Shown here piece after piece: positions 1 to 8,481 of a DNA stretch of 41,124 nt. The DNA comes from Chthoniobacteraceae bacterium. Its GTDB lineage: Bacteria > Verrucomicrobiota > Verrucomicrobiia > Chthoniobacterales > Chthoniobacteraceae. Every line of letters begins with the position of its first letter. Within the stretch, counting starts at the first letter, position 1. The notes beneath the pieces are model-generated. The model had not been told where the DNA came from, ran no database searches, and saw only the letters and a list, made by a program, of their open reading frames with translations. The stretch spans positions 1 through 41,124 of the forward strand of contig JANNWY010000297.1 in NCBI GenBank assembly GCA_031409335.1, given 5' to 3'. Position numbers and translations under genes: made by a program.

Positions 1-137
1 CCTATGATCGGTTCTGGCGACCGTTTCTGAGGTTACTCTGCCGATTCGCGCACTCTGCGCGCTTTGGCCGCGAATATCTCCAATCCCAGCAAGGCTACCC
101 TCTGTCCGCCGCCGCTTGAGGGTTTTTCAACAGACTG
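1..137 (+). mobile_element. Right end of an insertion sequence (IS5/IS1182-like): open frame ending ...YPLSAAA* at 119, then terminal repeat GGGTTTTTCAACAGACTG (120-137)
   Basis: TTTTTCAACAGACTG resembles IS5/IS1182-type termini; HsdR similarity starts abruptly at 138 (TTAACG...) and there is an in-frame TGA at 117-119. Confidence 0.6.
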
Positions 138-419
138 TTAACGGACGACGAGATCGCCTTCTATGACGCCCTCGCCGCCAACGACAGTGCCGTGCAAGCG
201 ATGGGCGACGACAAGCTCAAGCTGATCGCGGCGGAGCTGATCACGCAGGTGAAGAAGAGTGTCACCATCGACTGGACCCTCCGCGAAAGCGCCCGCGCCA
301 AGATCAAAGTGATGGTGAAGCGCATCCTGAACAAACACGGCTACCCGCCGGATTTGCAGGAGGAAGCTGTGAAGACCGTGCTCGCGCAGGCGGAGCTACT
401 GTGCGCGGAGTGGGTGTGA
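138..419 (+). pseudogene. hsdR: 3' fragment of type I restriction enzyme R subunit (DUF3387 C-terminal domain), cut off by the IS
   Basis: [28 protein letters not shown]...[46 protein letters not shown] is the typical HsdR C-terminus. Confidence 0.85.
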
Positions 420-680
420 GCGTTTCGTCACAAGCTCGGCCATGACACGATGACGTTCGTGCCCGTCTCGGTGGGGTAAGCCTAAAAACCGCGATAGGAG
501 TTACCGCGGAAGGTGGTGAGGACACGGAAAACGCGGAAGTGCAGCGGTTTGATTGGCAAACCCGCCATGAAGCGCCTCTCACACAATGGGTGAATGCGAT
601 CTAGCGCACCGCCCGGCATCGAGAGTCTCTCCTCCTCCGCGTTCTTCGCGGCAATATCCACCGCCGCTCGTAGGGTAAGC

Positions 681-773
681 GATTTTAGGTCGCGGATTTC
701 GGATTTCAGAGGGAAACAAGCGGCGCGTGTCCGGCACTTCCAATCTGAAATCTGAAATCCGCGATCTGAAATC
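681..773. repeat. Inverted repeat built from GATTTC(A/G) heptamers (family D); arms 681-710 and 744-773
   Basis: gattttaggtcgcggatttcggatttcaga vs reverse complement gatttcagatcgcggatttcagatttcaga, 27/30 identical. Confidence 0.9.
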
Positions 774-2070
774 CAACATCCCGCTCTTCATCGCCTTCCG
801 CGTGCTCTTTAATGCGCGCTGGTACTATCCCGTGCTCGCGGTGCTCTTCATCGACTTCGGGCTGACGATTGAGCAATACGCGCTGCTGAATGTGGCGTGG
901 GCGGCGGCGATCGTGGGGCTGGAGGTGCCGTCGGGCGCGCTCGCGGATCAGATCGGGCGGAAACGCATGGTCGTTTTCGCGGCGGCGCTGATGGTGGTGG
1001 AGATGGCGGTGTTCGCCTTCGCGCCGCGCGGAGCGGCGTGGCTGTTTTGGGTCTTCCTGCTGAATCGTGTGCTGAGCGGCGCGGCGGAGGCGAGCGCGAG
1101 CGGCGCGGATGAGGCGCTCGCGTACGATTCGCTGGCGGAGGAAAGCCACGCGCAGGAATGGCCGCGCGTGCTGGAGCGACTGATGCGCTGGCAGTCGGGC
1201 GGCTTCTTCGCGGCGATGCTGATTGGCGGCGCGGTATATGACGCGCACACTTGGCGGTGGCTCGGCCTCCCGCTTTCACAGGAAACGACGATGCGTTTCC
1301 CGATCTATCTCACGCTGCTCAATGCCGTGCTGTGCCTGCTCGTGACGCTCCGCCTGCGCGAACCGGGGAGCGCGCGCACGCACACTTCCGCCGGCGCGAC
1401 CTGGCGCGCGACCGTTGCCGCAGGTCGCTGGATTCTTCAGACGCCGACTGCGCTTGTCGTGATCCTCGCCGGTCTGTGTTTCGATAGCATCATCCGCCTC
1501 TTCCTGACGCTCGGCGGAAATTACTACCGCCTCATCAAACTCCCCGAAGCCTCATTCGGCGTCATCGGCTCGGGCTTTGCGCTCATCGGTTTTTTCACAC
1601 CGCGCCTTTCGAAGTGGCTCGTCCAGCACAGCTCGAAGCGCGTGAATTTCAGCATCGTCGCCGCGCTCACGATGGCTGGTCTCGTTGGCATTGCATTCGC
1701 ATGGCCGCTGTGGGGTGTGCTGCTCGTCGCGCCATTCGGCATCGCGATGTCGATGCTCGGTTTTTTCATCTCGCACTATCTCAACGAAGCGGTGACGGAC
1801 TCCGCCCAACGCGCCACAGTCCTAAGCTTCCGCGGCCTCGCCTTCAATCTTGCCTACGGTGCCGTCGGCCTGATGTTCGCCGGCCTATCGCGCTCGCTGA
1901 GCGATGCGGGAACGCAGGAGGCGATCTTCGCGCAAACGCTGCGCTGGCTGCCGTGGTATTTCGCGGGAACGCTGATCGCCCTCGCGCTGGCGGCAGCGCG
2001 GCTCGCGAGTCAACGCAGTGGTTCGCAGCCTGGCTCCGGCCCGGGTGGATCGAGTTCCACGCCGACATAG
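727..2070 (+). CDS. MFS transporter
   Basis: About 12 hydrophobic segments and EVPSGALADQIGRK MFS motif A; start codon uncertain (GTG in hairpin loop). Confidence 0.85.
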   Translation: MSGTSNLKSEIRDLKSNIPLFIAFRVLFNARWYYPVLAVLFIDFGLTIEQYALLNVAWAAAIVGLEVPSGALADQIGRKRMVVFAAALMVVEMAVFAFAPRGAAWLFWVFLLNRVLSGAAEASASGADEALAYDSLAEESHAQEWPRVLERLMRWQSGGFFAAMLIGGAVYDAHTWRWLGLPLSQETTMRFPIYLTLLNAVLCLLVTLRLREPGSARTHTSAGATWRATVAAGRWILQTPTALVVILAGLCFDSIIRLFLTLGGNYYRLIKLPEASFGVIGSGFALIGFFTPRLSKWLVQHSSKRVNFSIVAALTMAGLVGIAFAWPLWGVLLVAPFGIAMSMLGFFISHYLNEAVTDSAQRATVLSFRGLAFNLAYGAVGLMFAGLSRSLSDAGTQEAIFAQTLRWLPWYFAGTLIALALAAARLASQRSGSQPGSGPGGSSSTPT

Positions 2071-2621
2071 ACTTCGCGCAGCGAGATCTCGCAGCCGAGC
2101 GAGGAAAATGGCACCTGCGATTCCATGCCGGAGTAGCCGTCGAAGCGCCAGATGCCGTCGGGTTGCCGCGTGTATTTGTCCACGCGCACATCGACCACGC
2201 TGACGAGCGCGATTTCCACCACCGACGGCAGCGCCATGTAAAGCGCGAGCTTGCGCCCGCGGTCGAATGCTTCCGTGCTTTTCGAGAGCACCTCGACGAT
2301 GAACGACGGGTTGAGCAGCACGTCGTGCGTGTCGTCGAGATACTCGGGGCGACCGCACAAACCGGAGACGTCGGGATAGCAAACGCGATTGTTTTCGCAG
2401 ATGCGCAGCTTCATGTCGGAGTTGAAAACTACGCCGCCTTTCGCCTTGGCGAAATTGCGCAGTTCGGTCGTGAAGTTCACCGCGACCTGCGAGTGCGGCC
2501 CCGTGCCACCTGCCATCGCGACGATCCGCCCGTCGTGATATTCGCTCTTGGTTTGTGCCGCCCGTTCGATCGCGAGGTATTCCTCAGCGGAGAGGTGCGG
2601 AGTTTGTGCGGCAGCGGACAT
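2010..2621 (-). CDS. Uma2 family (DUF820) PD-(D/E)xK endonuclease
   Basis: EYHDGRIVAMAGG..H, YPDV, IVEVLSKSTEAFDRGRK motifs. Confidence 0.9.
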   Translation of the reverse strand: MSAAAQTPHLSAEEYLAIERAAQTKSEYHDGRIVAMAGGTGPHSQVAVNFTTELRNFAKAKGGVVFNSDMKLRICENNRVCYPDVSGLCGRPEYLDDTHDVLLNPSFIVEVLSKSTEAFDRGRKLALYMALPSVVEIALVSVVDVRVDKYTRQPDGIWRFDGYSGMESQVPFSSLGCEISLREVYVGVELDPPGPEPGCEPLR

Positions 2622-2627
2622 GGGCGC

Positions 2628-2655
2628 AGGATACCGCTGAGTTCAGGCGATTCAA
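2628..2655 (-). promoter_or_regulatory. Putative sigma70 promoter for a leaderless Uma2 mRNA
   Basis: TTGAAT-N16-TATCCT-N6-ATG on the minus strand. Confidence 0.55.
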
Positions 2656-2675
2656 GCCCGCCCCATTTCCCCCAT

Positions 2676-3197
2676 TCACTTCGGCAGCGCGTCGAGCGCC
2701 TTGATGACGTCCGCGGCGTGCGTCTCGGTGGACGTACCTTTCAGCATGTTCCAAACGACCTTGCCGTCCTTGACGAGAAACGACTGGCGCTTCGTCAGGC
2801 CGGCGACCGGGATCATATCGACGCTAAACGCCTTTGCGACTCTACCATCGCTATCGGCGATGAGCGTGTGGGGCAGCTTGTATTTCTCCTGAAATTTCTT
2901 CTGCGCCTCCGGCTTATCCTCGCTCACGCCGAGCACTTGGATTCCCTTTGCCTGCAAGTCGGCCCAGCCATCGCGGATGCTGCATCCCTGCTTGGTGCAG
3001 CCGGGCGTGTCGGCTTTTGGGTAAAAATAAACGAGCGTCGGGCCTTTCGCGTACACGGCTTTGAAATCGATCGCCTTTCCATCCTGATCGACCGCGGAGA
3101 TTTCCGGCGCGGGTGCGCCGACGGCGAGCGGATCGGCTTTGGCAAATGCGGTGAGGCCGAGGAAGGTGAGGAGGCTCATGCGGATGGTGGCTTTCAT
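2676..3197 (-). CDS. Peroxiredoxin, BCP/PrxQ type, with probable signal peptide
   Basis: YFYPKADTPGCTKQGC (PxxxTxxC plus resolving Cys); hydrophobic N-terminus ending AKA. Confidence 0.9.
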   Translation of the reverse strand: MKATIRMSLLTFLGLTAFAKADPLAVGAPAPEISAVDQDGKAIDFKAVYAKGPTLVYFYPKADTPGCTKQGCSIRDGWADLQAKGIQVLGVSEDKPEAQKKFQEKYKLPHTLIADSDGRVAKAFSVDMIPVAGLTKRQSFLVKDGKVVWNMLKGTSTETHAADVIKALDALPK

Positions 3198-3222
3198 GGT
3201 GTGGAGTGGATCGGTGCGGTGG

Positions 3223-4017
3223 CTACTTTCTTAGCGGGAGCCAGTCGAGCACGCGCTGGATTTGCGCGTCCCAATACTCCCACTCGTGCTCGCCGGGCCC
3301 TTCTTCGTAGGTATTTTCGAGCTGAACGCTGTCGAGCTGTTTTCGAAAGTCACGGCTATCGGAAAGCAGTTCGTCCCCGGTGCCGCAGCAGAGGTAGAGC
3401 TTTGGCTTGGAGCCTGCGGACGACGCCACTTTTTGCGCGAGCGCGAAAAGATCGGCGTCGGTCCCCGCGCCCTTCAACTCCGCGCCAAACATGCCCGCCC
3501 ACTCGGCGCGGCTCATTCGCGAGCCTTCCTTTCCGACTTCGCGCAGACGCTTCGCGAGATCGAGCGCGCCGCTGAGACTAGCGACGGCGGCGAATTTATC
3601 GGGCCGTCCGAGCCCGAGCCGCAGCGCGCCGTAGCCGCCCATCGAGAGCCCGGCGGCGAAGTTGTCTTCGCGCGCGGCGGACAGCGGGAACCATTGCTGG
3701 CACAGCGCGGGCAGCTCTTCGCTGAGGAAGGTCCAGTAGTTCGGCCCGCTCGCCATGTCCTGATAGAAGCTGCGCGCGACCGCGGGCATCACCACGGCGA
3801 TGTTTTTCTCCGCCGCGTAGCGCTCGATCGAAGTGCGCCTCAGCCAGATCGTGTGATCGTCGCTCAGACCGTGGAGCAAATAGAGCGTCTGGTATTTTTC
3901 GCGCCGCTCACTGCAGCTCGTGGCGATCTCGCGCGTGGATTCTTGCGGCAGTAAAACGTAGAACGCCACAGACAAGCCAAGTGCCTCGGAAAAGCAGTGA
4001 ACGTCGAGAAAAGCCAT
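3223..4017 (-). CDS. Alpha/beta-hydrolase esterase (putative acetylesterase/tributyrin-esterase family)
   Basis: LLHGLSDD, GLSMGG nucleophile elbow, GEHEWEYW. Confidence 0.9.
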   Translation of the reverse strand: MAFLDVHCFSEALGLSVAFYVLLPQESTREIATSCSERREKYQTLYLLHGLSDDHTIWLRRTSIERYAAEKNIAVVMPAVARSFYQDMASGPNYWTFLSEELPALCQQWFPLSAAREDNFAAGLSMGGYGALRLGLGRPDKFAAVASLSGALDLAKRLREVGKEGSRMSRAEWAGMFGAELKGAGTDADLFALAQKVASSAGSKPKLYLCCGTGDELLSDSRDFRKQLDSVQLENTYEEGPGEHEWEYWDAQIQRVLDWLPLRK

Positions 4018-4024
4018 GCGGCGG

Positions 4025-4052
4025 ACGCTATCCGGGTGGCAGACTGGGTCAA
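4025..4052 (-). promoter_or_regulatory. Putative sigma70 promoter for a leaderless esterase mRNA
   Basis: TTGACC-N16-TAGCGT-N7-ATG. Confidence 0.55.
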
Positions 4053-4161
4053 GATCGCGCCACCCGGCCGCGCTCCATTTTCCCCCTGCGTGGCGCGCCC
4101 CTCGCTTTCCCGCCGGGAACCATAAGATTGACTTCGCGCATAAAATTCACAGAGTCACCCC

Positions 4162-5028
4162 GTGAAAGTTCCCCTGCACATCGTCCAGGCTCGCCGCGAT
4201 CGGCTCGCTCAGGTCATCGAGCAGCATCGCTACCTTCCAGTGAAGGAACTCTGCTCGCGGCTTGGAGTATCGGAGGCCACCGTCCGGCGCGATTTGGCGG
4301 CGCTGGTGCGGGAAAAGAAGATCACCCGCACCTATGGCGGTGCGCTCCACGAGTTTAATGATCGGTTCCCGTCATTTAGGGAAAGGCAGCGCCAGGCCTC
4401 GCGAGGCAAGGCCAAAACCGTGCGGATGGCGCTCGCGCTCTTCCAGCCGAACCGCACCTACTTTTTCGATTCCGGCACGACGATCTTCGCCCTGGCCGAG
4501 GCCTTTCGCGATCATCCTGTGACGCCCGTAACGATCGTCACGTCAAATCTGCCAGTCGGGGAAATGCTCGCGTCGATCCCCGGCGTGCAGGTTTTCCAAC
4601 TCGCCGGGCAGCTCCTCCACCTGCAATCCACCCTGCTCGGCGAGACGGCGCAAAAGAGCCTCGAGTTTTGGAGTTTTGACCTGGCTTTCCTTTCCGCCGA
4701 GGGCATGGACGCGCAGGGTCTCTGGAATTCGCAGGCCGCCATCGTTGAGCAGCAAAAGGTCGTCCTCCGTCGCTCGAAGCGAACCGTATTTTGCATCGAT
4801 GGATCGAAGCTGAACCGGCAGGCTCCGCATTTCCTGCTGCCGTGGGGCGCGGTGGACCTGCTCATCACTGACCTCCCGAACGCCAAACTCGTCCGCGCCG
4901 GAATCCACCTCGAAGAAAGCCGGCGCGTGCCCGCCCTTGATTTGAAAACCCGCGCGACAACCACGCCCGAATCACCCCATTCGCCAGACTCCGCATCCGA
5001 GGGGGAATACCCGATCCGCATCTTATGA
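4162..5028 (+). CDS. DeoR/GlpR family regulator of the BMC locus
   Basis: LGVSEATVRRDL HTH, RTYGGA, FFDSGTT sugar-phosphate sensor motif. Confidence 0.92.
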   Translation: MKVPLHIVQARRDRLAQVIEQHRYLPVKELCSRLGVSEATVRRDLAALVREKKITRTYGGALHEFNDRFPSFRERQRQASRGKAKTVRMALALFQPNRTYFFDSGTTIFALAEAFRDHPVTPVTIVTSNLPVGEMLASIPGVQVFQLAGQLLHLQSTLLGETAQKSLEFWSFDLAFLSAEGMDAQGLWNSQAAIVEQQKVVLRRSKRTVFCIDGSKLNRQAPHFLLPWGAVDLLITDLPNAKLVRAGIHLEESRRVPALDLKTRATTTPESPHSPDSASEGEYPIRIL

Positions 5029-5061
5029 GCGATGTCCGTCTTAAAAAGATGAAAGTTTTTG

Positions 5062-5106
5062 TTGACCAGCCAGCGCAGATTTATATGATCGCATTCAGTC
5101 ATATAA
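5062..5106 (+). promoter_or_regulatory. BMC operon promoter (TTGACC-N16-TATGAT) overlapped by palindromic operator TTATATGA-N10-TCATATAA
   Basis: -35 at 5062-5067, -10 at 5084-5089; perfect 8-bp inverted repeat 5081-5088/5099-5106 in an AT-rich patch. Confidence 0.65.
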
Positions 5107-5122
5107 CTTTCCCCGCCCCGAA

Positions 5123-5797
5123 ATGAGTTTCACCGAAGCCCCTGCCCGCCCCGTCGTCGAAGCGCTCGTCCGCGCATCGCTCGCCCGGCAACTCGGCAAG
5201 GAAGTGCGGACGGAACCGGCCCCGACGCTCGTGGTCAACAGCTCCGCCCGGCACATGCACATCTCGCCGGAAAATCTGGAGACGCTCTTCGGGCCCGGCG
5301 CGAAACTGACCGTCCACAAATGGCTCTATCAGGAAGGCCAGTTCGCTTCCGAGCAGACCGTTACGTTGATCGGACCGCGCCGCCGGGTCATCCCGAGCCT
5401 GCGCATCCTCGGCCCGTGTCGGAATCTCACCCAAATCGAACTCGCCATCACCGACTCCATCCAGCTCGGGATGGAGATTCCCGTCAAGATGTCCGGCGAC
5501 ATTCAAGGAACCCCTGGCGGCTACGTGATGGGGCCGAAAGGGATGCTGGAAATGAAGGACGGCATCATCCGCGCCGCGCGGCACGTCCACATGTCGCCAG
5601 CCGACGCGAAATTTTACAGCGTCAAACACCTCGACCGCATCACGCTCAAGGTCACCTCCCCGTTCTGCGACACCCGTTTCGACGACCTCATCGTGCGCGT
5701 CGATCCCAGCTTCAAACTCGAAGTCCACATGGACACCGACGAAGCCAACGCCTGCGACCTCGAACGCGCGACGAAGGTCGAACTGTTCAAGAGCTAG
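5123..5797 (+). CDS. pduL: Phosphate propanoyltransferase (PduL-type phosphotransacylase) with N-terminal encapsulation-peptide-like helix
   Basis: SARHMHIS, RILGPCR, AARHVHMS, EVHMDTDEANA motifs. Confidence 0.95.
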   Translation: MSFTEAPARPVVEALVRASLARQLGKEVRTEPAPTLVVNSSARHMHISPENLETLFGPGAKLTVHKWLYQEGQFASEQTVTLIGPRRRVIPSLRILGPCRNLTQIELAITDSIQLGMEIPVKMSGDIQGTPGGYVMGPKGMLEMKDGIIRAARHVHMSPADAKFYSVKHLDRITLKVTSPFCDTRFDDLIVRVDPSFKLEVHMDTDEANACDLERATKVELFKS

Positions 5798-5881
5798 GCC
5801 CGCGAGATATGCGAAAAGACGCAAAATTTACCTCTCACTAAAATCAAAACCCTTTCGCGCCTTTCGCGTTCTTCGCGGGCC
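5797..5881. repeat. Inverted repeat of CGCGAA(A)-containing 9-10-mers (family B, copy 1)
   Basis: ggcccgcgagatatgcgaaaagacgcaaaa vs reverse complement ggcccgcgaagaacgcgaaaggcgcgaaa; begins in the pduL stop codon. Confidence 0.8.
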
Positions 5882-5906
5882 GAATCTAACCAAACCAAAT
5901 AACTAA

Positions 5907-6176
5907 ATGAGCGAAGCAATCGGACTAATCGAAACTCGCGGCTACGTGGGCCTGGTGGAAGCCAGTGATGCCATGGTCAAGGCCGCGAACGTGCAACTCG
6001 TCAAATCCATCCCCATCGGTGGAGCCTTGATCACCACCATCGTCCGCGGCGATGTCGGCAGCGTGAAAGCCGCCGTCGAAGCTGGGAAGGAAGCCGCCAA
6101 GCGCGTCGGCAATCTCGTCGCGTCCCACGTCATCGCCCGGCCCACGCCGGAGCTGCTAAAATTCTTCACCAACTAA
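5907..6176 (+). CDS. BMC-H shell hexamer protein
   Basis: AIGLIETRG, DAMVKAANV, GDVGSVKAAV, HVIARP. Confidence 0.95.
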   Translation: MSEAIGLIETRGYVGLVEASDAMVKAANVQLVKSIPIGGALITTIVRGDVGSVKAAVEAGKEAAKRVGNLVASHVIARPTPELLKFFTN

Positions 6177-6197
6177 CTTAGCAACCTACTTACCTAT

Positions 6198-6503
6198 ATG
6201 GCTGGACAAGCAATCGGAATGATCGAAACCAAGGGCCTCGTCGCGCAGTTCGAAGCAACTGACGCCATGACCAAGGCCGCGAATGTAGAACTGATCGGCT
6301 GGGAAAAAGTCGGCTCGGGCTACGTCACCGTCTTTGTCAAAGGCGACGTTGCCGCGGTGAAAGCCGCCGTCGAAGCCGGCGCAACCGCCGCGACGGCGAT
6401 CGGCGAAGTCGTCGCCGTCCACGTGATCCCACGTCCGCACGACGACCTGCACCTCCTCGGAAAATTCCTCGGCGGAAAGCCCGCGAGCGCACCCGCGAAA
6501 TAA
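6198..6503 (+). CDS. BMC-H shell hexamer protein
   Basis: [35 protein letters not shown]. Confidence 0.95.
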   Translation: MAGQAIGMIETKGLVAQFEATDAMTKAANVELIGWEKVGSGYVTVFVKGDVAAVKAAVEAGATAATAIGEVVAVHVIPRPHDDLHLLGKFLGGKPASAPAK

Positions 6504-6546
6504 GTTACATAAGTCACATAGGTCCCATGGGCCGTATGCGACCTAT
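6501..6546. repeat. 9-mer tandem/palindromic element TA(A/G)GT(C/T)(A/C)CA (family C)
   Basis: taagttaca taagtcaca taggtccca followed by an inverted copy (tgggccgtatgcgacctat), centred on CCCATGGG; starts at the stop codon. Confidence 0.7.
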
Positions 6547-6554
6547 CCGAACCC

Positions 6555-7739
6555 ATGACGCCCAACAACATCCTCGTCGCCAACATCGGCAGCACTTCGT
6601 TCAAGTTTCGCTTGATCGAAATGCCCTCCGAGCGCGTCTTGGCGAAGGGTGGCGTCGAGCGGATCGGCAGCGCGGAATCGACCTATAAGTATCAGGTCGG
6701 CACCGACGCGGAGCAGAAAGGCGTGGCCGCATTGCCAGACCACGCCGCAGCCATCGCGCTCGTCGAGAAAGCGCTCGGCGGATTCAGCGGCCTCGCGGCG
6801 GTCGGCTTCAAGCCCGTGATGGCCCGCGGCATCTCCGGCACGCAGGTGCTCGACGAGCCGGTGCTCCGCGCGATGGAGGAAATCAACACCCTTCTCCCCG
6901 CGCACAACCCACCCTACATCGCCGCCGTCCGCAGTTTCGCAAAATCGCACCCGAGGCTGCCGTGCATCGGCACTTTCGAGACCGCGTTTTACGACGAAGT
7001 CCCCGTGGAAAACACGCGTTACCCAGTGCCGCGCGAGTGGGAAACCAAGCATGGCATCCGCCGCTACGGCTTCCACGGCGCGAGCCATCGCTTCGTCTCG
7101 CAACGCTGCGCCGAACTGCGCGGCACAGACAAGCTCCGCATCATCTCCTGCCACCTTGGCGGCAGCAGCTCAATCGCTGCGGTGCGTGATGGGAAAGCCA
7201 TCGACTCAAGCTGGGGCATGACCCCGCAAAGCGGTCTCCCGCAAAACAATCGCGTCGGCGACTTCGACGTCTTCGCCCTCATCTACCTCGCCCGCGATCT
7301 CGGACTCGGAATCGACGCTGTCGAAAAGGCACTCACATCGCAGTCCGGCCTCAAAGGCATGTCCGGGCTCGCGACAGGCGACGTGCGCGACATTCTCGAA
7401 GCTGCGGTGAAAGGCAATGCCGATGCTCGAATCGCCCTCGACGTTTTTGTTGGCGCGATCCGCAAATACGTCGGCCAATTTCTCGTCGAACTGAACGGCG
7501 CGGACGTGCTCATCTTTACCGCTGGCATCGCCGAGAATAACCCGATCCTGCGCGAGAAAATCTGCGCAAACCTCGACTTCTGCGGCCTCGAACTCGATCG
7601 CGAAGCCAACCACAAGACCGGCGCAGTCGAAGCCATCATCTCCACGCCAAGTTCGAAGATCGAAGTGCGCGTGATCCCTACCTACGAAGAAATCATCATC
7701 GCCCGCAACGCGTGGGCCAAACTCTCAACACTCAACTAA
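6555..7739 (+). CDS. ackA: Acetate/propionate kinase
   Basis: NIGSTSFKF, PAHNP, FETAF, RRYGFHGASH, CHLGGSSS, FTAGIAEN. Confidence 0.95.
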   Translation: MTPNNILVANIGSTSFKFRLIEMPSERVLAKGGVERIGSAESTYKYQVGTDAEQKGVAALPDHAAAIALVEKALGGFSGLAAVGFKPVMARGISGTQVLDEPVLRAMEEINTLLPAHNPPYIAAVRSFAKSHPRLPCIGTFETAFYDEVPVENTRYPVPREWETKHGIRRYGFHGASHRFVSQRCAELRGTDKLRIISCHLGGSSSIAAVRDGKAIDSSWGMTPQSGLPQNNRVGDFDVFALIYLARDLGLGIDAVEKALTSQSGLKGMSGLATGDVRDILEAAVKGNADARIALDVFVGAIRKYVGQFLVELNGADVLIFTAGIAENNPILREKICANLDFCGLELDREANHKTGAVEAIISTPSSKIEVRVIPTYEEIIIARNAWAKLSTLN

Positions 7740-7756
7740 AAAACCAACCTAATTAT

Positions 7757-8038
7757 ATGGCACAACAAGCAATCGGAATGATCGAAACGCGCGGACTCGT
7801 CGCACTCGTCGAGGCGACTGACGCGATGCTCAAATCGGCCAACGTCGAACTCGTCGGCCCTATCACCCAGGTCGGCAACGCCATGGTGACCGTCTGCGTC
7901 ACCGGCGACGTCGCCGCCGTCAAAGCCGCCACCGAAGCCGGCAAGACCGCTGCGCAATCGCTCGGCGAAATCGTCAGCGTCAGCGTCATCGCACGCCCGC
8001 ACAGCGACCTCGTCGCCGTCCTCCCGAAGGCCAAGTAA
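7757..8038 (+). CDS. BMC-H shell hexamer protein
   Basis: [13 protein letters not shown]...DAMLKSANV...VIARPH; start placed at ATG 7757. Confidence 0.95.
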   Translation: MAQQAIGMIETRGLVALVEATDAMLKSANVELVGPITQVGNAMVTVCVTGDVAAVKAATEAGKTAAQSLGEIVSVSVIARPHSDLVAVLPKAK

Positions 8039-8057
8039 GCATCACGGTTCTCCAACC

Positions 8058-8366
8058 ATGATTCTTGCGCGAGTCGAAGGCAGTGTCGTCGCGACGAAGA
8101 AGAACGCGAAGATGACTGGGCAGAAATTTCTGCTCGTCCGTCCTCTCGTGATCGATTCGCCCACGGCAAAAGAGTGGAAGCCCGGCACCAGCACGCTGGT
8201 CGCCGTGGATACCCTCGGCGCGGGTGAAGGCGAGATCGTGCTCGTCGTGCAAGGCAGTTCTGCGCGACTCGCCGCGGACGATAAGAACGCACCCGTCGAT
8301 GCCGTTGTGATTGGCATCGTGGACACCGTCGATCTCGGCAAAACCATCCTTTACAAAGCGCAGTGA
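8058..8366 (+). CDS. BMC-P shell pentamer (EutN/CcmL family)
   Basis: MILARVEGSVVATKK, AVDTLGAGEGE, GSSAR, PVDAVVIGIVD. Confidence 0.95.
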   Translation: MILARVEGSVVATKKNAKMTGQKFLLVRPLVIDSPTAKEWKPGTSTLVAVDTLGAGEGEIVLVVQGSSARLAADDKNAPVDAVVIGIVDTVDLGKTILYKAQ

Positions 8367-8369
8367 ATT

Positions 8370-8467
8370 GAACTCCGAACTTCCAAACCTGAACGTCCAA
8401 CTTCGAATCAACGCCGCGAACGCGAACACTTCTGCGATCGGTGTTGAGGTTTCGATGTTCGGCGTTC
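8370..8467. repeat. Empty heptamer inverted-repeat cassette (family A, copy 1)
   Basis: gaactcc gaacttc caaacct gaacgtc caacttc; right arm 8440-8467 reverse complement gaacgcc gaacatc gaaacct caacacc. Confidence 0.9.
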
Positions 8468-8481
8468 CCCTCTAACTAGAC

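Noticed and set aside
1614..3575. 653-aa plus-strand ORF, and similar long ORFs 30879-33467(-), 17235-18773(+), 20607-21974(+), 35419-36972(-)
   Set aside because: Antisense or alternate-frame shadows of well-supported genes in GC-rich DNA; Arg/His-rich with no motifs.
6206..7788. Identical 24-mer ACAAGCAATCGGAATGATCGAAAC in two places
   Set aside because: It encodes the conserved QAIGMIET start of paralogous BMC-H genes.
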